Assembly (NCBI GenBank): GCA_977017645.1
Contig: OZ360243.1
Location: forward strand, 30,876,001 to 30,940,000
Direction: 5' to 3'
From: Torpedo marmorata
Lineage: Eukaryota
Length of the DNA stretch: 64,000 bases
The notes beneath the pieces are model-generated. The model searched no databases. It saw nothing but the letters and a program-made list of their open reading frames with translations, and had not been told where the DNA came from. This document shows, piece after piece, positions 46,313 to 57,124 of the stretch (position 1 is the stretch's first letter; each line of letters opens with the position of its first letter). A program made the translations under genes and the position numbers.

Positions 46313-47515
46313 CCTATTGTAAGGATACATAAAAATTGCTCTTGTGGCAATGCAATCTTTTGCAGCGCCATGTCCCTTGAAAATTCCATTCCCTAGTTTT
46401 GTTCTTCTGAGACTTGTACAAGTTGGAAGATGACTGTAAGAGCCGTAGGCTCAATAACTTACCTTTGCCGTGGCGCTCCAATGCCTCGTCGGGTTGTGGA
46501 GAGCTCGCGACATTCGTAGGCCGTCCTCGGCCTGTTTGTGCTCTGCGCATGCGCTGGAGTGCCAACGGGCGCATGCGCAGTCTGTAATTGACGTCGTTGT
46601 GCGCGGTGTAGTATGGGAAATGTAGTATGCGCGGTGGAGAGTGCGCAATGGAATAGGAACATGGAGCATGCGCGAATCGGAGAGAATAGGATAAAGATGG
46701 CGACGTAGGAGGGTGAGTGAGATAGCCATATCTTTATTGACCATTTCATACAGCGTTTCATAGACATTTCAAGACGTTTCATCGATAGTTTCATTGAACT
46801 TTTAAACTAGTTATTTTGTGGTTTAAAATCGTTTATTTGAACATCTCAATACAGTCTAAGGAATCATTTAAAGGAACTCATCATACATCGTTTTCAAGAA
46901 CTGTTTGTATTGAAGTCATTGAAGATTACTGCAAGTCACGTGTGTAAATAAAGTTTTTGAACATATTGGACTTTGTTAGTAGTTTAATTGAAACTCGTCA
47001 AAGACAAGTATCTCACTTAGCCTCCAGGTGACTATTGTTAGATCGAAGTCACCATAATATAGTCAATAAAGAGCTGGATGTTTGGAACAGAAAATTGAAG
47101 GAAAGAAGATAGAATAATCTCTCTGTGCTTTGGACTGATATTTAAAATAAAATGGTGGCCATCTTGAAGATGCCTCGAGTTGGGGGCAGTTTGTAATCCA
47201 GATCCATCTGCCATGAATAGCAGCCAGAGAGGGATTTAAAGCTTCAAATCTTATAGTAAAGTATCCTATAAATACGTTGGAGAAACCATTTTTGGAAAAT
47301 CAGTGATATTATTGACGGATGTTGTGGTTGAAACTCGTTTGTGGATAGCAGCACATTACAGTCATTTGAAGTGGTAGGCATAAGTCTGTGGACTCCTTCT
47401 GTGTATCTTTGGCAAGTAAGAACACCGATTGGAATTGCTGCCGCTGGTCCATTGGGGACTGTTGTTTTGGCTAGTGTTGTGTATGCTTGAAGGACAGAGG
47501 AACAAGACGAGTAAA

Positions 47516-49300
47516 ATGGCCGCAGCAGCCTCTGATACAGCAACCGCTGATGTTGCTGTTGAGGACCAACGTATTGAAGACATGAAGATTGCGGATATTA
47601 AAGAAGAATTGAAGCGACTGAAAAAGGACATAAGTGGAAATAAAAAGTTTCTTATCGCAAGATTGAAGCTGGCAAAGGATGAAGAGGCAGCTTCATTAGA
47701 TGAACAAGAAGATAACTTGGAAATGGCTAAAATTGTGTCACCAAATGATGAAGAAAATAAAGAGGTTGAAGATGCAAAGGATATACAATTCGAATTGGAT
47801 AAAGAGGTAAGTATGAAGACAACATATGAACTGCAGGACGAAATACAAGCAAGTGACAGTGTCTCAAATGCTGAAAGCAGGAGAAGCAAAAGAACTTCTG
47901 GTTCGAGCTCCAGAGTTTCTCGTACTTCAAGTTCTGCATCGTCACGTACAAAGATTGATGTTAAATTGGCCGGTTTTCTTGCACAACAAAAAATGCTTAA
48001 GGATAAATATATTTTAGAACAAGAGGAGGAGCAGCTAAGACAAAAGGAGGAGCAGCTAAAGGAGCAGCTAAGACAAAATGAGAAGCAGCTAATGGAGCAG
48101 CTAAGACAAGAGAAGGAGCAGCTAAGGCAGAGAAAAGAACAGCAGGAGCTGGAAGCAAACATTGCTATTGCCAAGGCAGAAAAGAAAGCAATAGAAGGCT
48201 CAATAGTATCTGGCGCTCGAAGTAAATTATCTAAAGTGTCTGATAATAAAAGGTCATATTTTAAAAAAGAGTCACAGGAAAAGAAACCAACCAAAAGGGT
48301 AGTTATTTTAGAATCAAGGATACAAGATTTGCAAATACAAGGATAAATCTTTCAAGAGCATATTGGTAACGAGTCACATGTACCAATGGAAACATCTGAA
48401 AGCAAAGCTGCGTCTTGGGTTCGGTCGAACGAAGCAGCTTCTTTGTTATTTGAGTCAAGCATCAGAAATATGGAAGAAACTACACCAGTGAGGTTTCCAG
48501 ATACATTGCATGCAACAAGAGACGGTGAACAGAGCAATGTATTGTCATCCAAGGAAAGACAAAATGAAATTGCTGCATCATTGTTTCAGTTACAGTCTCT
48601 CTCTTCTTTACCCAAGAAAGAGATACAAACTTTTGATGGTGATCCACTTCAGTATCAATCATTTATGAGATCTTTCAAACGCAATATTGAAGATAAATGT
48701 CAAGATCGTGATGAATGTCTTTATTATTTGGAAATGTTCACAAAGGGACATCCAAAAGAACTGGTAAAGAATTGTAAACAAATGTCTTCAGAAAGAGGAT
48801 TAGACAAAGCTAAGGCTTTACTGGAACAATATTTTGGCAACAAGCATCGAATTGTTTTAGCTTATTTGGATAAAGCTCTTAAATGGACATCAATAAAACA
48901 AAATGATGTAAAGGCTCTGCAAGAATATACTTTGTTTTTAAGAGGATGTTGTAATGCTATGGAAGATATCGATAATATTCGTGAGCTTGAAGTGCATAGT
49001 AATATGCGAATCATCTTAGAAAAATTACCTTACAAGTTATGGGATAGATAGAGAAATTTGGCTTGTGATTTACAAGTAAATTACGGTCGAAAAGTTACCT
49101 TAAAGGATTTGGTAAATTTTCTTGAATGACAGGTGTACGTTGAAACAGATCCACTATTTGGAAATACCAGAGATAATTCAATGGGCAAAGATGTAAGGAA
49201 GTCTAATTCACAGCCTAGTCCGAAATTAAAAAGGAGTACTTTTGCTACTAATGTGTCAGTTATAAGTAAAGAAAAGGACAAAGTAAATAAGAAAAGGAAA
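47516..49300 (+). pseudogene. SAP-domain N-terminus plus BEL Gag (in-frame stops at ~48344, 49049, 49127; frameshift at ~49300)
   Basis: SAP motif 47573-47665; EQLRQ repeats; FDGDPLQY...LYYLEMFTKG BEL Gag signature; ORF pieces share one frame. Confidence 0.82.
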
Positions 49301-49302
49301 GT

Positions 49303-51318
49303 TTGCCTGATGAAAAGAGTTGTTTGTTCTGTAAAGGTGGACATACTTTGGAAATGTGTTTACGATTGGAAAAGAAGGAACATAAGGAGAAGATCGCTTT
49401 CTTAAAGGAAAATGGAATATGTTTTAGCTGTCTGTGTAAAGGGCACATCAGTAAAAACTGCGAAAAGCGAATTAATTGTAACATATGCAATTTGAAACAT
49501 CCTAGAATTTTGCATATCCATAACAGAAACAAGGAATTGGAAAAGGAGCAAACAGAAAGAAAGGAAACAACAGAAAATAATGTTATAACCTCGGTTCAGA
49601 CAAGTGGTCTTACCGGGGCCGGTGTGGATAACTGCAAACTTTCGATAGTGCCTGTACAAGTCAAGACCAAGAAAGGGGATGCAATAGTAAAAACATATGC
49701 ATTTCTAGACCCAGGCAGCACTGCATCTTTTTGCACGGAAGGACTAATGAATAAACTTAATATTCAAGGAAGAAGATCAAGAATTATGTTAAAAACCATG
49801 GGACAAGAAAAGGTCGTTGAAACTAGCATTGTTTCAGGCTTAGAGGTTGCTGGATTATATGACAAAAAATTTTGTGATCTTCCAAGTTTATATACTCAGA
49901 AGACTATGCCTGTACATGAAGGAAATATTCCTCATCAAAAGGATATCCATCATTTAGCTTATCTGTGGAAGGTTTATTTACCTGAAATTAATTCTGAGAT
50001 AGAAATGATGATTGGTTCAGATGTGCCAAAGGTTTTGGAACCGAAAGAAGTAATACAGTGTAAAAGGAATGGACCTTACGCTATTAGAACCAAGTTTGGT
50101 TGGACAATCAATGGACCATTGGAAAGAAATAATGATATTGCTCAGGAACAGTTAGCAATAAATATTAATAGAATTTCGGTTGTGAAAGTTGAAGAGTTAA
50201 GCGAAGAGCAAAAAACCGTGAATAAGAAAATCACTTTTGAAGAAAAGAAAACAGATCAATGTGAAAATAAATCAAGGGTATTTAAAACAACATTGAAGGA
50301 ATTATTTTTACCAAAAATGGATGAAAGTGAAGTATTAGAAGATGTTGCAAATAATACTATTGATTGTTCATGTGTAATCAAATCAGATACAGGAATAAAA
50401 CAAGTGACTGAAAACAAATCTGAATGTAGATTTTGTAGTTCAGAGATTACAATAGACAAAGCTAATGAAGAAATATTGCAATGTGATGTAAAACTGGAGA
50501 ACGCGGAAAATTGTGCTGATGGAATAAAGAATAATGTGAATGATAATTTAATGCAATTGAATTCAGAGAACAAAATGTTGAAAGGGGAATTGGAAATATT
50601 AGATAATCATGAAAACAGTAAACAGAAAGATTTAATTGTAAGTAAAACTCGCAAAGTCAGAAAGCGGAAGAAAAGAATAACTGCTGAAGAAATGAATACA
50701 GTTATTGAGGAAAGAGATTCAGCATTATCAAAATGTAAAAGGTTGGAGGAAGAGATTAATGTTTTGAAAGAGAACAAGTTATTGGTTAATAACACAAAAC
50801 AGTTGACTTTAAAAACCAATCAAGAATGTAAATTGAATGTTCAACAATTAACAATGCAGAAAGAATGTGATATTGCATTGCAGAAATGTAACAAGCAAGA
50901 TGAAGAAATTAAAAAATTTCAAGTTTGCCGCAGCAGGATTAACAATGGAAATATCAATGTATCACATGATATTTTGACTTCAGATCAAATTATTAATTTC
51001 TCAGAAAGAACTGAGACTGAATTGAAAGTTGCAAAATTGGATTTGGAATTGCAGGAAAGAGCAATAGAAACCAGAGTGGTTAAACAGACCTGTTTAAAAT
51101 CGAAAGGATCAAATAAATATTCAAATTCTAGTTCTAAGAGTTTAAATTCTTCACACGAGAAGTGGAATGCTGAAGAAAGGAATAAAGTGAAACGACATGC
51201 TGAAGAAGTGCCTCGTGTTAAATTCAAAAGGAAAACTGTATCTATTTTGTCTGAGGAAGATTTGAGGTTTACTGGTCGACGTTTTAACTCAAAGATTATG
51301 GAGATAAAAGAACTTTAA
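49303..51318 (+). CDS. BEL Zn knuckles, aspartic protease and MIPOL1-like coiled coil
   Basis: CLFC..H..C, CFSC..GH..C, CNIC..H..H; YAFLDPGS protease; RITAEEMNTVIEERDSALSKCKRLEEE; 671 open codons. Confidence 0.8.
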   Translation: MPDEKSCLFCKGGHTLEMCLRLEKKEHKEKIAFLKENGICFSCLCKGHISKNCEKRINCNICNLKHPRILHIHNRNKELEKEQTERKETTENNVITSVQTSGLTGAGVDNCKLSIVPVQVKTKKGDAIVKTYAFLDPGSTASFCTEGLMNKLNIQGRRSRIMLKTMGQEKVVETSIVSGLEVAGLYDKKFCDLPSLYTQKTMPVHEGNIPHQKDIHHLAYLWKVYLPEINSEIEMMIGSDVPKVLEPKEVIQCKRNGPYAIRTKFGWTINGPLERNNDIAQEQLAININRISVVKVEELSEEQKTVNKKITFEEKKTDQCENKSRVFKTTLKELFLPKMDESEVLEDVANNTIDCSCVIKSDTGIKQVTENKSECRFCSSEITIDKANEEILQCDVKLENAENCADGIKNNVNDNLMQLNSENKMLKGELEILDNHENSKQKDLIVSKTRKVRKRKKRITAEEMNTVIEERDSALSKCKRLEEEINVLKENKLLVNNTKQLTLKTNQECKLNVQQLTMQKECDIALQKCNKQDEEIKKFQVCRSRINNGNINVSHDILTSDQIINFSERTETELKVAKLDLELQERAIETRVVKQTCLKSKGSNKYSNSSSKSLNSSHEKWNAEERNKVKRHAEEVPRVKFKRKTVSILSEEDLRFTGRRFNSKIMEIKEL

Positions 51319-51319
51319 A

Positions 51320-51501
51320 GAGACATTGTGATTATTATGGATAATTCAACTTCAAGAAACTCCTGGTTACTTGGAAAAATTATTGAGACTTTTCAAGACA
51401 AAAGGGGACTTGTGCGTCAAGTGTGAATTAAAACTAAGTCTGGTTTTCTAAATAGACCTATTAACAAGGTTTGTCTTTTGTTGGAGACGGAGGAACTTTG
51501 A
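51320..51501 (+). pseudogene. Vestigial BEL integrase C-terminus (DUF5641-like)
   Basis: DIVIIMDNSTSRNSWLLGKIIETFQDKRGLVRQV*IKTKSGFLNRPINKVCLL. Confidence 0.8.
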
Positions 51502-53129
51502 TAAATACAAAACTGACTTTATTTGTTGTTGTATACTTCACAGGTTACAGACTTGTTGATTCAGAGTTATGGTAAACTCTAGTTTTATGAAGAAGGAAGA
51601 AAGAAGATTTGTATATTGTTTGAATGTTATAGTTATTGTTATTTATAATTTAGTGTGTAATTATTATTTAAGACATTGTGTCTAATTATAATAATTAGGG
51701 GCCGGTGTAAGAGCCGTAGGCTCAATAACTTACCTTTGCCGCGGCGCTCCAATGCCTCGTCGGGTTGTGGAGAGCTCGCGACATTCGTAGGCCGTCCTCG
51801 GCCTGTTTGTGCTCTGCGCATGCGCTGGAGTGCCGACGGTCGAATGCGCAGTCTGAAATTGACGTCGTTGTGCGCGGTGTAGTATGGGAAATGTAGTATG
51901 CGCGGTGGAGAGTGCGCAATGGAATAGGAACATGGAGCATGCGCGAATCGGAGAGAATAGGATAAAGATGGCGACGTAGGAGGGTGAGTGAGATTGCCAT
52001 ATCTTTATTGACCGTTTCATACAGCGTTTCATAGACATTTCAAGACGTTTCATAGATAGTTTCATTGAATTTTTAAACTAGTTATTTTGTGGTTTAAAAT
52101 CGTTTATTTGAACATCTCAATACAGTCTAAGGAATCATTTAAAGGAACTCATCATACATCGTTTTCAAGAACTGTTTGTATTGAAGTCATTGAAGATTAC
52201 TGCAAGTCACGTGTGTAAATAAAGTTTTTGAACATATTAGACTTTGTTAGTAGTTTAATTGAAACGCGTCAAAGACAAGTATCTCACTTAGCCTCCAGGT
52301 GACTATTGTTGGATCGAAGTCACCATAATAATGACCGTCTGCCCTCAGCTAACTGTTTACTAAAGCGCTGCGGCTTGATCTGGAACCTTTCCATAATGCT
52401 TTATGGATCGCAGAATAGTATCGCTATGCTCAGCAATCTAATGTTGAGGTTATTTAAAAGCTGAATTAAAATGCTGGTTTGAAAAGGAACTTCCCTGGCT
52501 ACTGGCTAACCAACCATTCTTTCACGGGCCTTCTTTGGTACGTAGTTTCAGAAGTCTTTTGAGTACTCTGCTGCCACGGAGCCACCAAATGTTATTGTGG
52601 TCCAGAACATCGCTGCACTGAACATCATTTTCTTCCAAGTAACGTTGGAATACTCTGTGGTTGAGTTCATGAACTCGAATGAAATTTACTGTCAACATCA
52701 GTTTCATACCATAATCAAAATCTAGTGCCTTTCCACAAAGCGCCTGTTGATATATAATGCAATTGATTTTGCTATGCCCGTTGATTTTCGATGGCTATTA
52801 ATTATTCCTATCATTAATATTTTATCCATCGTGTCGCTTGCGCTGTCTGTGGTAACACGTTTAGAGTTTCTCGTTTTAAATCCAGAAGCTGGAATATATT
52901 GTCGACGTTTATTAAAATGTCTGTCTTTGTAACAGTGTAGTTAATAGGATACAGCCCCGCCAGTTTCTTGGTACCTGTATATGAATACAAGCAACTCTAC
53001 CCTGTCAACAATGTTTTACATTCAAAGTAACAAAAAGAGACATAAAAACTTGGGTGTACACTTGTTATTGTGTCAACTGATCATCACCTAAATTTTTGCT
53101 TCCACTGACTGGTAACTGCCTAAACCAGC

Positions 53130-53478
53130 GCACACTCTGTTCTCGCTGCTACAATGAGGGAAGGGGTATAGGTGCCACAAGACTCGCACCACCCACAGGT
53201 TCAGGAACTGCTGCTACCCCTCCACCATCAGACTCCTCAACAACAAACTCAATCAGGGACTATTTAAGGACTCTTACTTTTGCACTTTATTAATTTTTTT
53301 CTCTCTGTATTGCACAGGCAGTTTGTTTACATTTCTTTATTTGTTTACATGTCTACAATGTGTACAGTTTTTTTTGCACTGCCAATAAGTGGTAATTCTG
53401 CCTCGCCCGCAGGAAAAAGGAGCCCCAGGGTTGTATGTGATGTCATGCATGCACTCTGACAATAAATCTGAAATCTAA
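53130..53478 (+). mobile_element. Rex1/Babar family A 3' end
   Basis: Matches 7145-7275 plus 7896-8103. Confidence 0.85.
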
Positions 53479-55036
53479 CTGCCAGCTGATGGACACCACT
53501 TTCAAAAGTCTTGTTTTTCTCGATTTCCTCGATTATTTCTAATATGCACTCCTCCCTGTAAAAGGCTTACGGGCTGGGCGCTGAGACGCTCAGTAGCTGG
53601 CTCTCACGGAGGCAACGTTTTCCCCTTATTTCCTTTTTTTTGTGATTGGGCTGACTCAAGGAATTTCTTCAACCCCCTCAGATTTTGTTTCCTTCCGGCA
53701 TTCGCTCGTTTATTTAGATAAATGGTTTATTGGCATCTCAAGCAAATAACTTGTGGGCCAGAAAATATCTATCCGACCACTTTTCATTACATTCGTAACG
53801 CGTTGCTTCGTCCTTTGACACATGGATGTGATACTTGGAAAGGAGGTGAAGAGAAACAGTGAAGTCTGCAATAGAATAGGAACCATAAAAGGCAACACAT
53901 TCAATGGGCCGACGTGTTTCTTGCTTTTGATCGGCTGTTCTTAATAGCCGACGTGGTCGTTCTTTTTAATACTTGCATGGGTACTGGTCCGAAAAAATAA
54001 ATTGGCCGACAGGCCATACTTTGGGAGCATTTCTCTGATGGGATCATATTAGTTACGGATTTATCGTGTACGAGGAGAGAAAGGAAAAATTATAAAGCAG
54101 AATCTTACATGGTGATTGTCCCACTCCTGTTTCTAATATTCTATAGCTGTTATAACACACTGCCGAGTCGCTAAAGAGGCGTCATTTATTTTTTCACATG
54201 CATTTCAAAATAGTTGTCCCGGCAGTGGTATTATAATCGAGGAAGCAAGAGAAGCAGCGCTCTTTAACAATAGTACATATAAAATTCTGCAGATGATATA
54301 GCTTTCACAGATTTGCCAACATACGCCTAAGTGCGTCTCTTCTGCCGCTCGGAAGCCAGGCTGCCACGTTGTATGGTTCGGGTAATGGCAGCGAAAAGGA
54401 ATCCGAACAACAATATACGTGTTCGTGGTCCCGAGGAGAACACCAGAAAGCCTTATTGGTTCGTTTTCAGACAATGGGCCGTAACCGCACGACCGTTTCA
54501 ACTGTTATTTAATAATTCGGATCGGGCGACAGTTATACAGCTGCATTCGTTGACATGTGCGGGGAGTTATCGCTATTAATTGTATGGTGGTGGTTTAACT
54601 GTCAAATAGTCGTAAAATGTTGTGCCTGATTGACAACGTGGGAATGTAAAAGTTGAAACAAGTGATAAAAGTGGACGAAGGTAGCGCACAGCATAAAGGT
54701 TCAAATTCCAAGTTAACGATACTTTTGGATACCAAAGGATTGGGCGAGTGATGTCACTGAAGTGAGGTGCACACCCTAAAAAACTGGTTCTCCTCCCAGA
54801 ATACGTGGCAGCCACAATCCCCAACCTCAGCAAATCACTGCGGTCTGTCAGCGATTCCAGAAAACTTGAAGGTATCGGATTTAAGCGACTTTAAGGCAGG
54901 ACCTCCTGCTCAACTTTCGTATTAGTGCTCCTCCTCCGAAAGTAGCATTCTGTGCAGGCCACTGTGCCCGCATCTGACTGTGTCCATTGGTCCAAGATCG
55001 CCCGACTCGACCCTTTCGTTGAGTTGCAGTAGCAGT

Positions 55037-55330
55037 ATGACATCCATGAAGCAAAAACATAAAAATCATTCTGATCGCAGTTCCACCAGACTGCAAGATG
55101 ACGTGGCAAAGAGGAACTCGAAGGGAAGCAAGGGGGGAACAGAGTCGGCTTCGACCATTGGGAAGGTGGTGAATGTTGTGCTCTTTTTAATCCTGGCTGC
55201 GTCGGCTGCAGTTTTCGGCTGGTATATCCACAGTCTCTCGGAGCAGATCAACCATTTTCACCAAATGCATGAAGAGACGTCCCTACAAAGCAATGAACTG
55301 GCGAAGAAGATGGAAACAGTTCTTCACCAA
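55037..55330 (+). CDS. CKAP4: Cytoskeleton-associated protein 4 (CLIMP-63), coding exon 1
   Basis: MTSMKQK...DDVAK cytosolic tail; single TM segment VVNVVLFLILAASAAVFGWYI; start of luminal coiled coil; phase-0 donor CAA|gtaaga; CpG-retaining upstream region. Confidence 0.85.
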
Positions 55331-56089
55331 GTAAGAGCACAATTTATCTAAGTTTCACTCAGGCTCAACAACGTGCTCTATTGTGAGAACCTGTGGTTGA
55401 ACTTCCTCCCTTCAAAATTATTTTTAACCATTTGCTTCCTCTACACTCTTGAGGTGTTTTTACAGGTTTTAAAACCATGCTGGTCCCCAACGCCCAAAGG
55501 CAGCGGTCTTGTAGCATTGCTCGTCTCCTTTGTTGCTTTTGCATGGATGTTCATAAACAAATATTTCCTATCAATGACTTTATAACTTTGGTTCTGGGGG
55601 AATCATATTCTTCTGGGGGAATTTATATACTTCACATCCAGGCACGAATAATACATTTTCTGAAAATGGCATATTAATGCATCAGATATGTTGGTATTAT
55701 TTCAATCTGCGTGAGGTATTTATTTCACTTGCATAGCCATTTCAAATAGGGCAGATAGATAAAAAGCTATCCAGCTATTGCCATATCAAAGAGGGCAAGT
55801 AGGTAAAAATGGAAAACTGCGCATTATGTTATGTTTAACCTGTATTAAACCTTTGTTATACCACACTAGAGTACAATTTTGATTGCCATATTACAAAAAG
55901 ACATTAGAGAAGGTGAAATGGAAAGAATACAAGGGTATACATATCAGGAAATGATGAACAGAGTGGTTCTCTTGAGAAAAGAAAACCTGAGAGGAAACCA
56001 AACAGAAGGCATTAACATTTTATAAAGGATTTTGATTGGAGTTGATACCGAGAGACTGAGGGGAAAACATAACTGGAGATCATGACTTT

Positions 56090-56810
56090 GTTGATTCACT
56101 TGCACTTATAACAATTTAGCATAGTGCATTCAGTGTTCAACATGTGGTCTCCTCTACATTGGGAAAATCAAACACAGATTGGGTGAGCAGAGCCCCCGCA
56201 TTCAGTCCACAGTAGTGGCCATGGGCTTCCCGTTGTCTCCCACACTAATTCTTCATCCAACTCCCACTCTGACCTGTGGACTCTAGTATTGTCACAGAGA
56301 GGCTTATCTCAATCTTGAGGAATAGCACTTAGTCTTCTGTCTTGGCATGTTACAGGCTTCTGAACATAAAATTAAAGTATACACTGAAGGTAACTTGATT
56401 TCAGTCATCCATCTATAATATTGCCTTAGCTTGTTTGATGTTATTTTACCCTTTTTCTGTTATGTATCTTCTTCTGGGAGTAGAGGGCATGTGCAGCCTG
56501 GCCTGCTGATCATGTGCTCCTTTTTCTGCATTTTGAAACTCCTGTATTCTCTTCTCTCCCATTCTTTTACATATGCCCTCACTCTCTTACTACTCCCATT
56601 CATTCTTTGACCAGATAACTTTATTTTACAGCTTCCCACTTGGTCACCCTAGGTTTATCCCATCAGAGATATCCCCTTCACCATCCTCCCTGCAACCTTA
56701 CAAGCTTCTTCTGTCTCTTTCCCAGTTCTGATGAAGGGTCTTCAACCTGAAACTTTATTTCTCTTTCCACAGATGTGGCCTGACCTGCTGAGCATGCCCA
56801 GTATTTTCTG
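56090..56810 (+). mobile_element. Old Penelope-like remnant with CTGATGA...GAAAC motif
   Basis: LYIGK..RLG remnant; ctgatgaagggtcttcaacctgaaac at 56728-56753; tgacctgctgag. Confidence 0.65.
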
Positions 56811-57124
56811 TTTTTTATTATATATCATCATGGTAAGATTGTCTCCAAGAAATCCAATAGCGAATTCAAAATAAACTTCAAATATACTGGTGAGAACATG
56901 GAGCTTGCTGTTAGGAGGTAGCTTCAATAAAAAGTATAGGAAATATTAAGGAGAGACTGGACAAACATGAAGGAGAGGATTATTCTGATTGATGTAGGTG
57001 ATGAAAGAAGGAAGGTTTGTGTAGAGCATAAACACCTGCATGGACTGGTTGAACTGTTTGTGCGTCATATACCCTATGCGAACAAGAAAATGAATATGAT
57101 ATAAAAATATAATCAAAATATGCT

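Larger units (their letters stand above)
46435..52330 (+). mobile_element. Non-autonomous BEL/Pao LTR retrotransposon
   Basis: 625-bp LTRs (46435-47059, 51706-52330) with about a dozen differences; 5-bp TSD atgac; aattaggggccgg before the 3' LTR; Gag, three Zn knuckles and protease; no RT, RNase H or integrase core. Confidence 0.95.
46313..52950 (-). pseudogene. hAT (GTF2IRD2/SPIN-like) transposase remnant interrupted by the BEL element
   Basis: VNFIRVHELNHRVFQRYLEE...WWLRGSRVLKRL at 52522-52707; boundaries approximate. Confidence 0.65.

Noticed and set aside
47362-48294. 310-aa minus-strand Ser/Cys-rich ORF
   Set aside because: Antisense shadow of the Glu/Lys/Gln-rich gag frame.
54980-55351. 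Single-exon 123-aa protein
   Set aside because: Homology starts at ATG 55037 and a GT donor follows 55330; the remainder is UTR and intron.
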